This document shows positions 28,463 through 43,426 of a DNA stretch of 64,000 nt, piece after piece. Each line of letters opens with the position of its first letter. Position 1 is the first letter of the stretch. The DNA lies in NCBI RefSeq assembly GCF_009914755.1, contig NC_060926.1. One strand, written 5' to 3'. The notes beneath the pieces were generated by a model that was given only the letters and a program-made list of their open reading frames with translations, was not told the DNA's origin and did not search any database. This stretch comes from the human T2T-CHM13v2.0 reference genome, Homo sapiens. The translations under genes and the position numbers were made by a program.

Positions 28463-30036
28463 AACTCTTCTGTTTAAAATTTTTCAATGGCTCCCTGTAA
28501 TCCTTAGAAAAATGTCTTAAAATTTTTAACATGATTTTCAAGACTCTGTATCATCTGATCCTTGCCTAGCTTTCCAGCCTCACTTGTACCACACTCCTCT
28601 TTCTATGTTATAGCCACACTGGGCATTTTTTAGTTCTGCAAGTGCACTGTGTTTGCTTGCTTCAGAGCCTCATGTGGAATAGCCTTCTCCTTCACCTACC
28701 TAGAGTTCCCCGACACGTCATTTCCTCATGAAGGCCCTTTCTGACTCCACTAGCCCATGTTCGGTCCCATCCTCATACACTTCTGTAGCACTCTGAATTA
28801 CCCTTCTGTGACATTTATCATCACTCATAATTACTTATTCAATGTCTGTCTTCCTGACTAGACTGTACAGTCACAAAGACAGGGCCTTCTTCTGACTGCC
28901 TCACCTCCTTATCAGTGCCAGGCACAATGCCTAGCTCATAAAAGATGAGTGATAAACACTTGACAAATGAATATAAAACTATGAAGGATTCTTATTTAAT
29001 TCTAAAATTAGAGATAATTAAAGACATAGCTCTATTGGAATAATTTCTAGATTGATCAAATTTCCAGAAGTCCATTAAAGTTGATGTTAAAGGTCAATTC
29101 TAATTTTTCTGTAGGATTGTTGTCCTATAGAAGCAACTGTCCCTAATCAGCATTATGTCTCAGTTTATAATAACACTATATACGAGAGGCCTGATTGGGA
29201 AAAAAAGTACAAAAATCGGAGTGCAAATAATTAGCTATTTTTAGGGAAAATATCTGTAGGAAAGGTGGTATATTCAGATGTATCACTTCCTTTATCTTGC
29301 AAAGATTGTCAGATAGATGTACTGCTGGAGGATAAATTTAATTGATGTAGAATTTAACATAATAGTATATGCAACTTTAAATAAACCATGCAAGCCTTTA
29401 GCTAATAGTTATTACAGACCATGTGATTTCATGAAAGTATTAAATATGGATCAGTTTTCATTTAATGGCAGCCAATCACAAAGCGCCACATCTTGATTAT
29501 AGGACATTCTCCCAGAAAATTGGAAAATAAATCACTATCTAGTCTCTTTTGTATTACCATGGAAAGTAGCTGGAAAAGAAATAATCTATTCTCTGCTTTG
29601 TGTTACTTTAAAAAGTAGCTGTGGCAATAGCCTAACGCGTTTTGAAGTTTTGAAATGATCTCTATCCAGTGTCTAGGAAATTGCTGAAGGCCTGCGTTCT
29701 ACCAATTCCTCCGCTTAGGCACATGGACTACAGGTTATTAAAGAAGGTGACTTGCGGTTTTTATCCCGTTTTTCTGCAAGGTTGGGCTACGTTCAGAAGA
29801 AATCAAAGCCTCGGAGTTAATCCCGACAAAGCCCATTTAGTTCCATGCGAGGACTATTTCCTCCACACTGAGAGTCTCAACGAGGCCGAGAATAGCATAT
29901 GCCAGTTGGAGTGACACTTATTTCTCCCTCTCCCCTTTATAGAATGTGTAGTGGCCCTCACTACTGCCCCCTTTAGCTGTGCCTCAGAACCCACAGTTAC
30001 ATGCTCCACAATATGGAGGCGAATAAGCCTAAGTGG

Positions 30037-30058
30037 ACTACAATTCCCATCATGCCTC
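30037..30058 (+). promoter_or_regulatory. ZNF143/THAP11-type ACTACA-SBS motif
   Basis: ACTACAATTCCCATCATGCCTC matches the ACTACAnnTCCCAnnATGC promoter motif and sits at the 5' edge of the CpG island. Confidence 0.85.
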
Positions 30059-30220
30059 ACTGCAGGCGCCGCCGACGTGTCTTAGCTGTTAGTCATCCCT
30101 CTTACCGCCTTCCTCCACTTCCTGGACTGCGCGACCGGAGGCCTAGCGGGCGCGCGCCCGCACCATCGACTCGCCAACGAGAGAAGGTCCTGGGGCACGG
30201 ACACCGACGGGTTGCGACTG

Positions 30221-30228
30221 TGACGTGA
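30221..30228 (+). promoter_or_regulatory. UPRE/CRE-like bZIP site
   Basis: TGACGTGA fits the UPRE consensus TGACGTG(G/A). It lies 200 nt upstream of the ATG of an ERAD gene. Confidence 0.55.
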
Positions 30229-30420
30229 GGTGTTCTCGCGCGCGCTAGCGCGCGTCTCCGGGTGCCGCTGACGGGCGTGCGCGCTTGTGCGGAGCCGGAG
30301 GTGGGGGCCGAACCAGCCAAGGTTGCGGGGGCCGCAGAGCCGGACGAAGACGGAGGGCGGAGCCGGCTTCGGGACTGCGGAGACTACACACCGAGCGAGC
30401 GCCTGGGCCCGAAGGGAGCG

Positions 30421-30502
30421 ATGCTGTGGTTCCAGGGCGCCATTCCGGCCGCCATCGCGACGGCCAAAAGGAGCGGCGCGGTCTTCGTGGTGTTCGTGGC
30501 AG
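30421..30502 (+). CDS. UBXN4: UBXN4 (erasin/UBXD2) coding exon 1
   Basis: ATG at 30421, MLWFQGAIPAAIATAKRSGAVFVVFVA(G), donor CAG|gtgaag, phase 1. Confidence 0.96.
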
Positions 30503-33500
30503 GTGAAGGAGGCAGGGGTTCGAGAGGCGGCCGGGACACCCCTCCGGCCTACCTTCATCCTCTTGTATACCTCAGCCGCCGGCCCGCCCTCCCCGAGACG
30601 CGGGCTCCTGTCGGCTCGCACAATTGCCACTACTACCCCGCGCCCCAGGGACGGCTGCGACTCCGCCGCCAGATCCCCCAGAGGGGCCATGCAGACCCTC
30701 AGCGCCCTGCTCCTTCAGGCCCCGGGCGCCCCCAGCCTTTCCTCAGTGTCTGCGAGGCCCGGGCTGCCGGCCCGTGGCTGTTCAGCGCCTCCCCGGTTCG
30801 TTTGAGATACAGTGGGCCTGGCCCCACCGCTGCGTCTCCCGGCAGCCGGGCCGGAGGCACCGTCTGGCCCTGGTCTCCAAAGCGCCCCGAGGCCCGCCGA
30901 AATCTCCCCGCTCGGGGCGACGGACGCGGCCAGCAGGCCCCAGCCGCCCAGCCCCGCTCGTCGCCCCGAGCCTCTCCCCTGCGCAGCCAGACCCCCGCGA
31001 CCCTCTCCCTGACGTCCCTCTCTGTCACCAAGGACCCTCTTTGTGCTGCTTGAACGCCCGTTTCGTTACTGCTGTTTAGATGGAGGTAGGAACGGGCCAT
31101 TAGGCAAGCAGTTGGGTTGTAATTAGTTGTGGACTGTCGGGAAGAAAGCTGTGTCATCGATAAGCAACAAAGAGAAACCACCTGATGTTCACGGTTACTG
31201 GTGTTAGTACGTTCCTGAAACGTAAACTTTTGAGCTGAATAGAGGTTTAATTTTTCTTAATGGCAGTCTTGGTAGGGGATCTAGTGTGAAATAATGTAAG
31301 TTTAAAAAAAATCCATTAGTTTCAAAGAAAATAGACGTTCAGTCCTTGGTTTCTTCCCTTTGTTGTCTTCTTAGGCTAAAATCTACACGACTTTGAGAAC
31401 GTTTATTAACTCATATATTCTCTGTTGCTCTAGGCTATTTTGCTCCATATTCTCCTGTTTTATTACTGAAATCTTGTAGATTTACAGTGAACTCCCTGCC
31501 TCTACGGTTCTGCTCATTCTCATTACATGGACCAAATCAATGTTTGTGGCTGTTGTTAATTTGAGGTGTATTTCTTCAACTATTTGTGTTTAATAACGGT
31601 TTATTCATAATTAACTCGTCTTTTAATAGCTCTATAACTTTATGCACTGCAGTGAAGAACGAATTACTGAAATGTGAATGTCATTTAGCATTAAATTTGG
31701 AATTTATAATTGTTTTGTTACGCCAAGTTTTTAGCTCAATGCTGTTTATTAGAAGAGCTTGAATAGTTTAGATTCTGTGATGCTGTCTGGGGGTTATATT
31801 ATACTTTACATAAATTAATTCTGTAATCCCGTAAGGAAAAAAATGGATTGAAAATGAAAGGAAAAGTAAATGACACTATGCTTATTGTGTACATTAGTAG
31901 GTTTTTGACATTTTAAATTGTTTTTCTCCTAATATCTCAGTTGATCCTTGCAGTAAATAGAACAGGTTTAATTATCCCCATTTTATAGATGAGGCACTTA
32001 GGTCAGCAGTCATAAAGTGACTTGCACTAGGGCCACAAAAAGGATTTACATGTCTTAACAGTCAAATTTTTTAGTAGCTTCAAAAAAACTGGCTTTTTTG
32101 TTTCTTAAGGAAAAAACTGAACAATTTGTAAATTGGTGATTTAAATTGGTATAGAAATCAGAAATTTGGATTATGGTAGTCATGTTTTTGAACAAATGTC
32201 CAAACATTCCTAGAAGGCACTCTTGAGGTAAATCAGTTAATTTAAAAAAAGAAACGAGAGATTTTTATTAACAAATATTAATATTTGGAAACTCTAGTAC
32301 AAATTATTGGAATAGTTAAATAAAGTTATAGGTCTTGCCTTTCGGGGTTTTGTGTATATATATATATACTTTCTTCAATTAAGTTTTTACTGATGAGCAT
32401 GTATTACATGTATTTAGAATATAATGACTCTTGAATGTTTGCAGGAAGACTGTTAGCAATCTCACAAAGGAGTCTCTGTCTGTCCCTTGACCTGTTCCAA
32501 AATCCAGCTAGCTTTTTTAGAGCTTTAGCCAGTTAATCCCCAAGACTAAGTAGGATTAGTGTCACTCTAGGAGTATGTAGATACTGGACTCATGAAACCA
32601 AAACACTTACAGATTGCTTAGAGCTTTCTTCATAACTCTGAAGTCAGAACTTGTGATTTTCTTAGGTCTAAGATCTCAGTAATAATATACCAACTTAATG
32701 GAAAATTTGAAAGATGTCTTTATAGTTGGAAGACGTGATCTCAAGAGTACACTTTGGTTCATGGAACTGTTCAAGTGGGAAACGTTTTAGGCAAGTGGTC
32801 TTTAGTTAGTGACATTTTCATGGATGAATTAAAGAATATTGTAGAGTTGATGTTAGGAGACGAGAGATTACTACTACTTCAGCTAACAAATTAATATGAT
32901 TTTCAAAGTATTGTGGCTGTGTAAAGTAAGTGAAACAAAACGATATTCATTTAATACTTGGGAAGGTAGAATAATCTGACGAGACTGAAGTAAAGGTATC
33001 TGTTCACTGGCTAATGTTGCTAGGTAGGTAGGCCAAACTTTGTTAATGATAGACGCCATTTTCTGCCTTTTTTGGTGAATGTAGACCACAGAAGCCTTTA
33101 GGTTTTGAGCAGTTGAGATTTTTTTTACATCGGAAAGACTGGCTGTATGAGGGTCTGCAACTCTTTGCTTCTGAGTTCGTGTTGCTCTCTTTAAGTGCCT
33201 TCGCTTAGGATACTGCCGATACAAAGGATATGCTGTTTTCTCCTAAAATCTTAGGCCCACCTAACTTTATAGTTGATAATTTGATTAAAAATAAGAAATG
33301 AAAGATACCAGAGTTAGCAATCAGTCATCCCACTCAGTAGTATTAGGAAAGTTGTCATTAAGCATTGAGTAATTCCATTCAGCTTTCCACCACTGCTGTT
33401 CAAGCAGCTGCTGCCACCACTAGGCTGAGTCTAGGACAGACACTGCCAGTAGGGTTGAGACATCTGGGACCCTAATCACATGGTACAGTATAGGTGAGGG

Positions 33501-33544
33501 AGTGATGCACCAGCCTCACAAGAAGCAAGATTTATACTTTCAGC

Positions 33545-34105
33545 TACTTACGTGATATCACTGTTTAGATCCTCCCAGGATTCTCAAGCCTAAACGTGTA
33601 AGTGCTGCCTAAACCTGTGTTTCTCCCAGTGTTCTGCATCTGATTGGCACTACCATACATCTGGTTGGATAAACCATAAATATGAGAGTCATCTTTGACT
33701 CTTAACTCTTCAGTGTCTTCTTGAGCTCCGGATTGTTCACAACATTCCAAATCACATAGGCCTTTCCCTACACACGTATTCCTTCTGCGTGGTGAACTCT
33801 TCTGGCTGTTGGCATGGCTGAGCTCTCTTATCCTTTAGATTTTAGCTTAACTGTCACCTCAGAGAGGGCTTCTCTGACCATTATAAAGAGTTCTCTTGTT
33901 ATTTTCTCTCATAGATTTCTTTTTAGTAGCATTTATTACTGTAATTACGTATAGTGTCTATTTGTTTAAAAATTTTGTATACCATTAGATTTTAAGCTCT
34001 GTTGAAGGCAGACAATGTCTCATTTGGTTTATATTTAGTATACAGTTCAATGCCTAGAACAAAATAAATGCAATAAAATGGTGAACATATAAAAGAATGA
34101 ATGGA
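33545..34105 (+). mobile_element. L2 fragments
   Basis: attagattttaagctctgttgaaggcag...caatgcctagaac...aaagaatgaatg resembles an L2 3' end. Confidence 0.65.
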
Positions 34106-34303
34106 AAGGATTTCTCATTCTTCACAGCCTTCTCTGAGAAGGGTTCGTAGTAAGAATATTCTCATATACTTATTTTTCTTTGGTAGGTGAGTCATTTATT
34201 TGGAATCTTAATCTCTCCTCATCAGATGGTTTCTGAAGATGCATTTAGAGTGATCTCACTTGCAAATAGTAACTTCTCGTTATTTTGCATCTTCAACATC
34301 TAG

Positions 34304-34504
<201 letters not shown>

Positions 34505-34809
34505 TGAGTAGCTGGGACTACAGGTGTGTGTCACCACGCACAGCTAATTTTTGTATTTTTAGTAGAGACGGGGTTTCACCGTGTTGGCCGGGATGATCTA
34601 GATCTCTTGACCTCGTGATCCGTCCGCCTAAGCCTCACAAAGTGAGCCACCGTGCCCGACCCCGTTTACTTTTCCATGGTCAAATTTCTCAAACTCCTAT
34701 TTCTGGTATTCCTGAATCTCATCTCACAAAATATATGCAAATAAACAGCATTAGAGTCAATTATTATAGGCATGCCATCATACTTACTATATTAGGCATT
34801 TAGCTATTC

Positions 34810-35630
34810 CACAGAGTACTTATTGGGTGCCTACTATGTTTTGTAGAGATTTTAGTCTTGTCAGTAAATAAAATGGAACCAATCCTTGCCTTCATGGAAC
34901 CTTCATTCTAGTTAGGGGAGACAGATACTAGTAAACATAATTAAAAATGCATAGTATATTGGAAGGTGAAAGTAATACAGAAAAACAACAGGAGATAAGG
35001 GAGCTTTGGGAATGTCTCAAGAGTGTAATTTTAAAGTAAGTGAGTAGGAGAGTTGTAATATTAAAGTGGGTGATTAAGTATCAGCTTTATTGAGCTGATA
35101 TTTGAGCAAAGTTTTAAGGGAGTTGGAAGTTAACCATGTAGTTATCTGGGGGAAGAACATTCCAGGCAGAGGAAACAACTAGTACAAAGACCTTATGGCT
35201 GAAGTGTCTTTCATATTTGAGGAATAGAAGGAAAAAGAATAGCAAGAAAGGAAAAAGGAATGAGGTCACAGAGGTAGTTGGAGTCCTGATGTATGGGGCC
35301 TTCAAGCGCCCTGTAAGGACTTTGGCTTTTACTTTGAGGAAAATGGGGAGCCATTGTGTGATCTAAGCAGAGGGTTGATGTGATCTTTTTTTTTTTAGAG
35401 AAAGTTGCTGTGTTAAGAATAGACTTAGCAGGAAGACCAATTTGGAGGCTTTTACTAGGCTTCCAGGTGAGATGTGATAGCTTGGATCAGGGTAGTTAGT
35501 GGAAGTGGTAAGAAAGTTACATTCTTGATTTATTTTGGAGCTGGAGTCAGTTACAATCAAGGAAAACTAGTTTTTTGGCCTGAGAACTGGAAGGATGGAG
35601 TTACCATAAACGAATAACTGCAATGAGGAA
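34810..35630 (-). mobile_element. L2 antisense
   Basis: ttattgggtgcctactatg, ggaagaacattccaggcagaggaaac and gtaaggactttggcttttact are antisense L2 hallmarks. Confidence 0.8.
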
Positions 35631-35959
35631 GGCCAAAGTGGATTAAATTGTCCTGGCCAACATAGTGAAACCCCATCTCTACTAAAAATACAAAAAATTA
35701 GCTGGGCGTGGTGGCGGGCACCTGTAATTCCAGCTGCTCAGGAGGCTGAGGCAGGAGAATCGCTTGAACCCGGGAGGCAGAGATTGCAATGAGCCAAGAT
35801 TGCACCATTGCACTACAACCTGAGCGACAAGAGTGAAACTCCATCTCAAAAAAAAAAAAAAAAAAAAGATACAGAACGTTTTCAGCATTCCAGAAGGCTC
35901 CTTCATGCTCTATCAAGGTAGCCACTATACTGAATTCTATCACCATAGATTAGTTATAG

Positions 35960-36352
<393 letters not shown>

Positions 36353-36761
36353 TGATCTACCCGCCTCAGCCTCCCAAAGTGCTGAGATTATAGGCGTGAG
36401 CCACCGAGCCCAGCCCACAACTTTTATTTTAATAAAATCTTATGTACAAAAGCCCAAATAGGCACTGCACTGATGACTGCTTATTATTGTGGTACTTTGC
36501 GCATCATAATTTAGATGGCTTCTTTTATGAAATATTTTGTATCATTTAAATAGTCCAGTGTAGTTTGTTTTCATTGCTCTTCATGATGTGAACTGTGTAT
36601 GCAGTCACACTTTTCATTTAGTGGAAAATTCAGTTTTCAAATTTGGCAGAAAGTGGTATAGGTGGGATTATATTTTATTTGAGGTTTCCGTTTTCCAGGG
36701 GAAAAGAGTTTGCAATCAGCAGATCCCAGCCTGGTATAAGAATTTTTGAAATGTTTTACAG

Positions 36762-36864
36762 GTGATGATGAACAGTCTACACAGATGGCTGCAAGTTGGG
36801 AAGATGATAAAGTTACAGAAGCATCTTCAAACAGTTTTGTTGCTATTAAAATCGATACCAAAAG
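36762..36864 (+). CDS. UBXN4: UBXN4 exon 2
   Basis: tttacag| and |gtttgt. 103 nt, DDEQSTQMAASWEDDKVTEASSNSFVAIKIDTK, phase 1 to 2. Confidence 0.95.
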
Positions 36865-37029
36865 GTTTGTTTATGTTTTAATATTTTATTAATTTTAAAA
36901 TTTATAAGTATTGTCTTTGATTTATAGTGATACTCTTGGACTAGAAGAATGTTGATGTTGGGCTGGGCACTCCCAGCACTTTGGGAGACTGAGGTGGGAG
37001 GATCGCTTGAGCCCAGGAGTTAGAGGCTA

Positions 37030-37500
<471 letters not shown>

Positions 37501-38832
37501 CTATAGCCTGGGCGAGAGAGCAAGACTATCTCAAAAAAAAAAAAAGAATGTTTATGCTATGTTTTTGGGTATCTAAGGCATATTAGGAACTTAAATTCTG
37601 ACTGCCGTTTGCTAAATTCATCATGAATCCTGCTGAAAAAACTTTAAGCTTTCCTACTCTACCAAGCAGCCATCTAACATGTACCAGGAATGCAAAAAGA
37701 ACAGTCATCTCCAGCTTCTAAAAACTTGGAAGTAATGGTAAATCATACATTGAATATCTCTGAGAGGTTGATCACTTACTGTCTTGAATCCTATTTTTGG
37801 GAATGGAGTCATTTAATCAGTGGAAATAAGGACATTTATAGGTTCCTCACAGTACCTGATGTCCACAAGTCTATTTTGTTTCTCCGTTCCTCCTCCCCAT
37901 CTTTTAAAAAAATTTTTATTATAGGAAGTTTCAAACATATATGAAAGTAATGTAACAGTGTGATGTACCCCATGTACTTGTCTACTAGCTTTGGTAATTA
38001 ACTCATGGTCAGTCTTGTTTCATCTATACCTCCACCCATTTCCACTCAATCCAAATAATTTTGAAACAAATCACAGTCACTGTATCACTTCATCTATAAA
38101 TATTTTAGTATGTCTCTGAAGTATAAGTATTGTTAATTTTTTAAGCATAACTATAATATTAATACTTCACAAACTAATAATAATTCTTTAATATCAAATA
38201 ACCAGCCAGTGTTCGACTTTTCAGTTGTCTCATCAAAGTCATAGTTTTATTACTTTATTGCAGTTTTTTAGTTCAAAATTATTCAAGGGCCACACATTAG
38301 GAAGCATTGATTTCTCTCAGTATGTAGGCTTCTCCTCCAACTCCCCTGCTCCTTGGAATTTATATTTTAAAGACACCAGGTCATTTGTTCTATACATTTG
38401 TTCTGTGGTTTCCTACAGTATGGATTTTGTTGACTGCAATGTGTTAGTGTCAAGTTGGTTCTTTCCTGTTTTCTGTATTGATAGGTAGATTCAGGTTTGT
38501 TTCCCCTCCCCTCATCCTGTCCTAAGACTACTTCATAGGTAGTGATGTGTCTTCCATCAGAAGACAGATAATACCCTGTTTTCTCTCTTTATGATGTTAG
38601 CAGCTATCAGTGATCATTACCTAAAAACATTATTATTTATTTTTTTCTTTGAAGCAGGATTTCACTATGTTGCCCAGGCTGGTCTTAAAATATTGGACTG
38701 AAGAGATCCTCCCATGTCAGCCTCCCGAATAGCTGTAGTTACAGGCATGCTTCACTGTGCCTGGTGCTGAAAACATTAATTCATTAGCACTTACAAAGTG
38801 GTATTCCTGTCTTTTTGATATTGATACTATCA

Positions 38833-39060
<228 letters not shown>

Positions 39061-39179
39061 TTATGTAAAAATTTTCTGTGTTTACAAAAACATCAAGTCG
39101 TAGTATAGCCTGTCTCACAACAGTTACTGAACTATGTATTTACTGAGTAGTTTTTAAAAAACAGAATCTGTCAATTTAA

Positions 39180-39613
<434 letters not shown>

Positions 39614-39706
39614 TGAGCCACTGTGCCCGGCCGTGTCTGGCATTTTTAAAAATAAATTACTTTTTTTTATTTTTTATTTTTTTTGAGACGGAGTCTCGCT
39701 CTGTAG

Positions 39707-39904
<198 letters not shown>

Positions 39905-40502
39905 TGATCCACCTGCCCCGGCCTCCCAAAGTGCTGGGATTACAGGTGTGAGCCATCGTGCCTGGCCTTAAAAACAAATTTCTATTAGCAGATGCAGGGA
40001 TACCTGCATATAGTGATGGTTCATGTTTGTTTCACTGTAGACTGCATGCTGATAGAATCTAGTGTGCCTTTAAATTATGGAAAATAAATTTTCTTTATTT
40101 CATAATAACTAAGTCACCCAATGTTTTGGGAACATTTTAGTGTGTATGTATTTTTGGAGATAGCGTGCATTGAAAATAGATTAGTAGGAAATGCGTAAAA
40201 AGTTTACAATTATTTCTGAAATGGTAGGATTTTGGGTAATTTTTTTTCTTGATTTTTTACTATGTTTTTAAATGTTTTTATGATAATAATGCTTTATATT
40301 TGAGGGAAAAAAGCAAATTCTAGTTCTTAGAAGCATTTGTTTGATTATTGGAAGCATCTACATTGATGAGTATCTCTTACTAATCTTATAAATTCTCTCT
40401 CCCATCCCTGACCACTCAGCTCCCTTCTCTGGAGGGAACCAAATCAAGAAAATATATTTATGTTTGTTTTCCTTCCATGTTTTACAAAAATAGTATTAAT
40501 AG

Positions 40503-40808
<306 letters not shown>

Positions 40809-41162
40809 TGAGCCACCACGCCAGGCCAATTTTTGTATTTTTAGTAGAGACAGGGTTTCGCCATGTTGGCCAGGCTGGTCACGAACTCCTGACCTCGTGT
40901 CCACCTGCCTTGACCTCCCAAAGTGCTGGGATTACAGATGTGATCCACAGTGCTGGCCTGCCTTTTTTTGTGATTGCATAATTATTCAGTTTTTATTGGT
41001 AGATAGATTGCTTTTAATCCTTTGTTATTATAGAGTATTACATTATCACATGCCTAAGTAAGTCGTAGGCCTTATGTCTTCGTGTTCCAGGTTAAGATAT
41101 TGTATTCAGGTATACTTGTCTGCTGAGGAAGCAGCATGGCAGATACCAAATTAATTTTTTAG

Positions 41163-41435
<273 letters not shown>

Positions 41436-42017
41436 TGATTCACCCGCCTTGGCCTCCCAAAGTGCTTGGATTATACCTGTGAGCTACCACGCCCGGCCTT
41501 TTTTTTTTTTTTTTTTTTTGAGACAGAGTTTTGCTCTTGTTGCCCAGGCTGGAGTGCAATGGTGCAATCTTGGCTCACTGAAACTTCCACCTCCTGGGTT
41601 CAAGCGATTCTCCTGCCTCAGCCTCCCAAGTAGCTGGGATTACAGGCACTTGCCACAATGCCCAGCTAATTTTTGTATTTTTAGTAGAGACGGGGTTTCG
41701 CCATGTTGGCCAGGCTGGTCTCGAACTCTTGATCTCAAGTGATCTGCCTGCCTCGGCCTCCCAAAATGCTGGGATTACAGGCATGAGCCACCATGCCAAG
41801 CCACAAATAATTCTTTCATTTGAAAATTATAAAACAAACCAGAAAAAGTCTTAATGAAATAAGAATTATATTTTTCTCCTTCAACCTGATTGCTGTGAAA
41901 GAAACTGGTAGTTGCAGGAAAATACTTGTGATTGGTACAGTAAATTTTATTAAAACAACTCAGTATTTAGAAAATACTTGCATTCATCTAGTGATTTTGT
42001 TTGATTTTGTTTTACAG

Positions 42018-42046
42018 TGAAGCCTGCCTACAGTTTTCACAAATCT
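42018..42046 (+). CDS. UBXN4: UBXN4 exon 3 (29 nt)
   Basis: ttttacag| acceptor and |GTATCCTTT donor. (S)EACLQFSQI. Needed to keep frame between exon 2 (phase 2) and exon 4 (phase 1). Confidence 0.93.
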
Positions 42047-42637
42047 GTATCCTTTCAGTAAAGAATGGCTTATATATATACATTTATTTACCTTCCTTTT
42101 GGTTAATTTATGAAATTTAGAAATTATTCATTTTTATTTAGGAAATCATACATTCTTTTTTATGGAAACTTTATTACTAAGTGTCCTCATTTAAAAAAAA
42201 TGTTATTATAGGAAATTTCAAACATATATAAAAGTAACTCAATGGTGTAGTGCACCCCATACATTGAGATAATATATTGCAGCTAAAGATAGGATAGGGA
42301 GTTTTTAAAATGTGAATATCTGAAAAACAATATAGATCAGTTGGGTTGGAATGTTACAAGTAGCTTGCAAGAGGCAGCTGGCAGCAAGATGGATAGAAAA
42401 GGAAGTTATGATAGAGGAGAATGTAGTAGATTCTTCACTAGAATATACCTCATAAATTAACATGTCACATGTATTAATACTACGGGTATAATGATGCAGT
42501 ACTTGAAATTATTTAATAAATGTTAGATTATATTGTGAAAATCACAAAGATCATTTGTTTTCCTTTGTTACCAATAGTGTTTCGTAAAACTATCCTTTCG
42601 TTTCACATGAATTGTTAGACTTCATTAAACTGTACAG
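42047..42637 (+). other. UBXN4: U12-type (minor spliceosome) GT-AG intron, UBXN4 intron 3
   Basis: 5' splice site GTATCCTTT is the U12 consensus. Branch-like TTCATTAAAC at 42621-42630 close to the AG, with no polypyrimidine tract next to it. Confidence 0.88.
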
Positions 42638-42756
42638 ATCCTGTAGTGTGTGTTCCATCCAGTTTCTTTATTGGAGACAGTGGAATTCCCTTGGAAGTAA
42701 TAGCAGGAAGTGTTTCTGCAGATGAACTTGTTACAAGAATTCACAAGGTCCGACAG
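42638..42756 (+). CDS. UBXN4: UBXN4 exon 4
   Basis: tacag| and |gtaaga. 119 nt, (Y)PVVCVPSSFFIGDSGIPLEVIAGSVSADELVTRIHKVRQ, end of the thioredoxin-like N-terminal region. Confidence 0.95.
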
Positions 42757-43252
42757 GTAAGAAGGAACAGAACTGTTGTTTCCGTAAATGGTACGTCAGG
42801 AATTGGATTTTTTTTTTTGAGATGGAGTCTCGTTCTGTCGCCCAGGCTGGAGTGCAGTGGTGTGATCTCAGCTCAAGTGCAGCCTCCGCCTCCCAGGTTC
42901 AAGTGATTCTCCTGCCCCAGCCTCCCAAGTAGCTGGGATTACAGGCACCTGCCACCACACTGAGCTGATTTTTGTATTTTTAGTAGAGACAGGGTTTCAC
43001 CATGTTGGCCAGGCTGGTCTCAAACTCCTGACCTCAGGTGATCTGCCCGCCTCGGCCTCCCAAAGTGCTGAGATTACAGGTGTGAGCCACCGCACCCTTC
43101 CTAACATTGGAATATTTTTGGAGCCCCTCTGTATATTCAGGAAACTGCCATGCCAAAAATCTTAAAAGGTAGTAAGTACTGTCTTTGTCACCTGTTTTTG
43201 TAAATAGCATGAAGTTACAGGTGCCAGTAGCCAGTACCTAATACTTGACTGA

Positions 43253-43426
<174 letters not shown>

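Larger units (their letters stand above)
30060..31070. promoter_or_regulatory. UBXN4: CpG island: UBXN4 promoter, 5' UTR, exon 1 and start of intron 1
   Basis: Sharp rise in GC and CpG content over about 1 kb in otherwise CpG-depleted DNA. Contains the start ATG. Confidence 0.95.

Noticed and set aside
30082-31181. Long overlapping ORFs on both strands (up to 263 aa) in the CpG island
   Set aside because: GC-rich DNA lacks stop codons. Only 30421-30502 is supported by a splice donor and downstream exons.
42757-42906. Open frame continuing from UBXN4 exon 4 into an antisense Alu
   Set aside because: A strong CAG|gtaaga donor ends the exon, so the extension is incidental.
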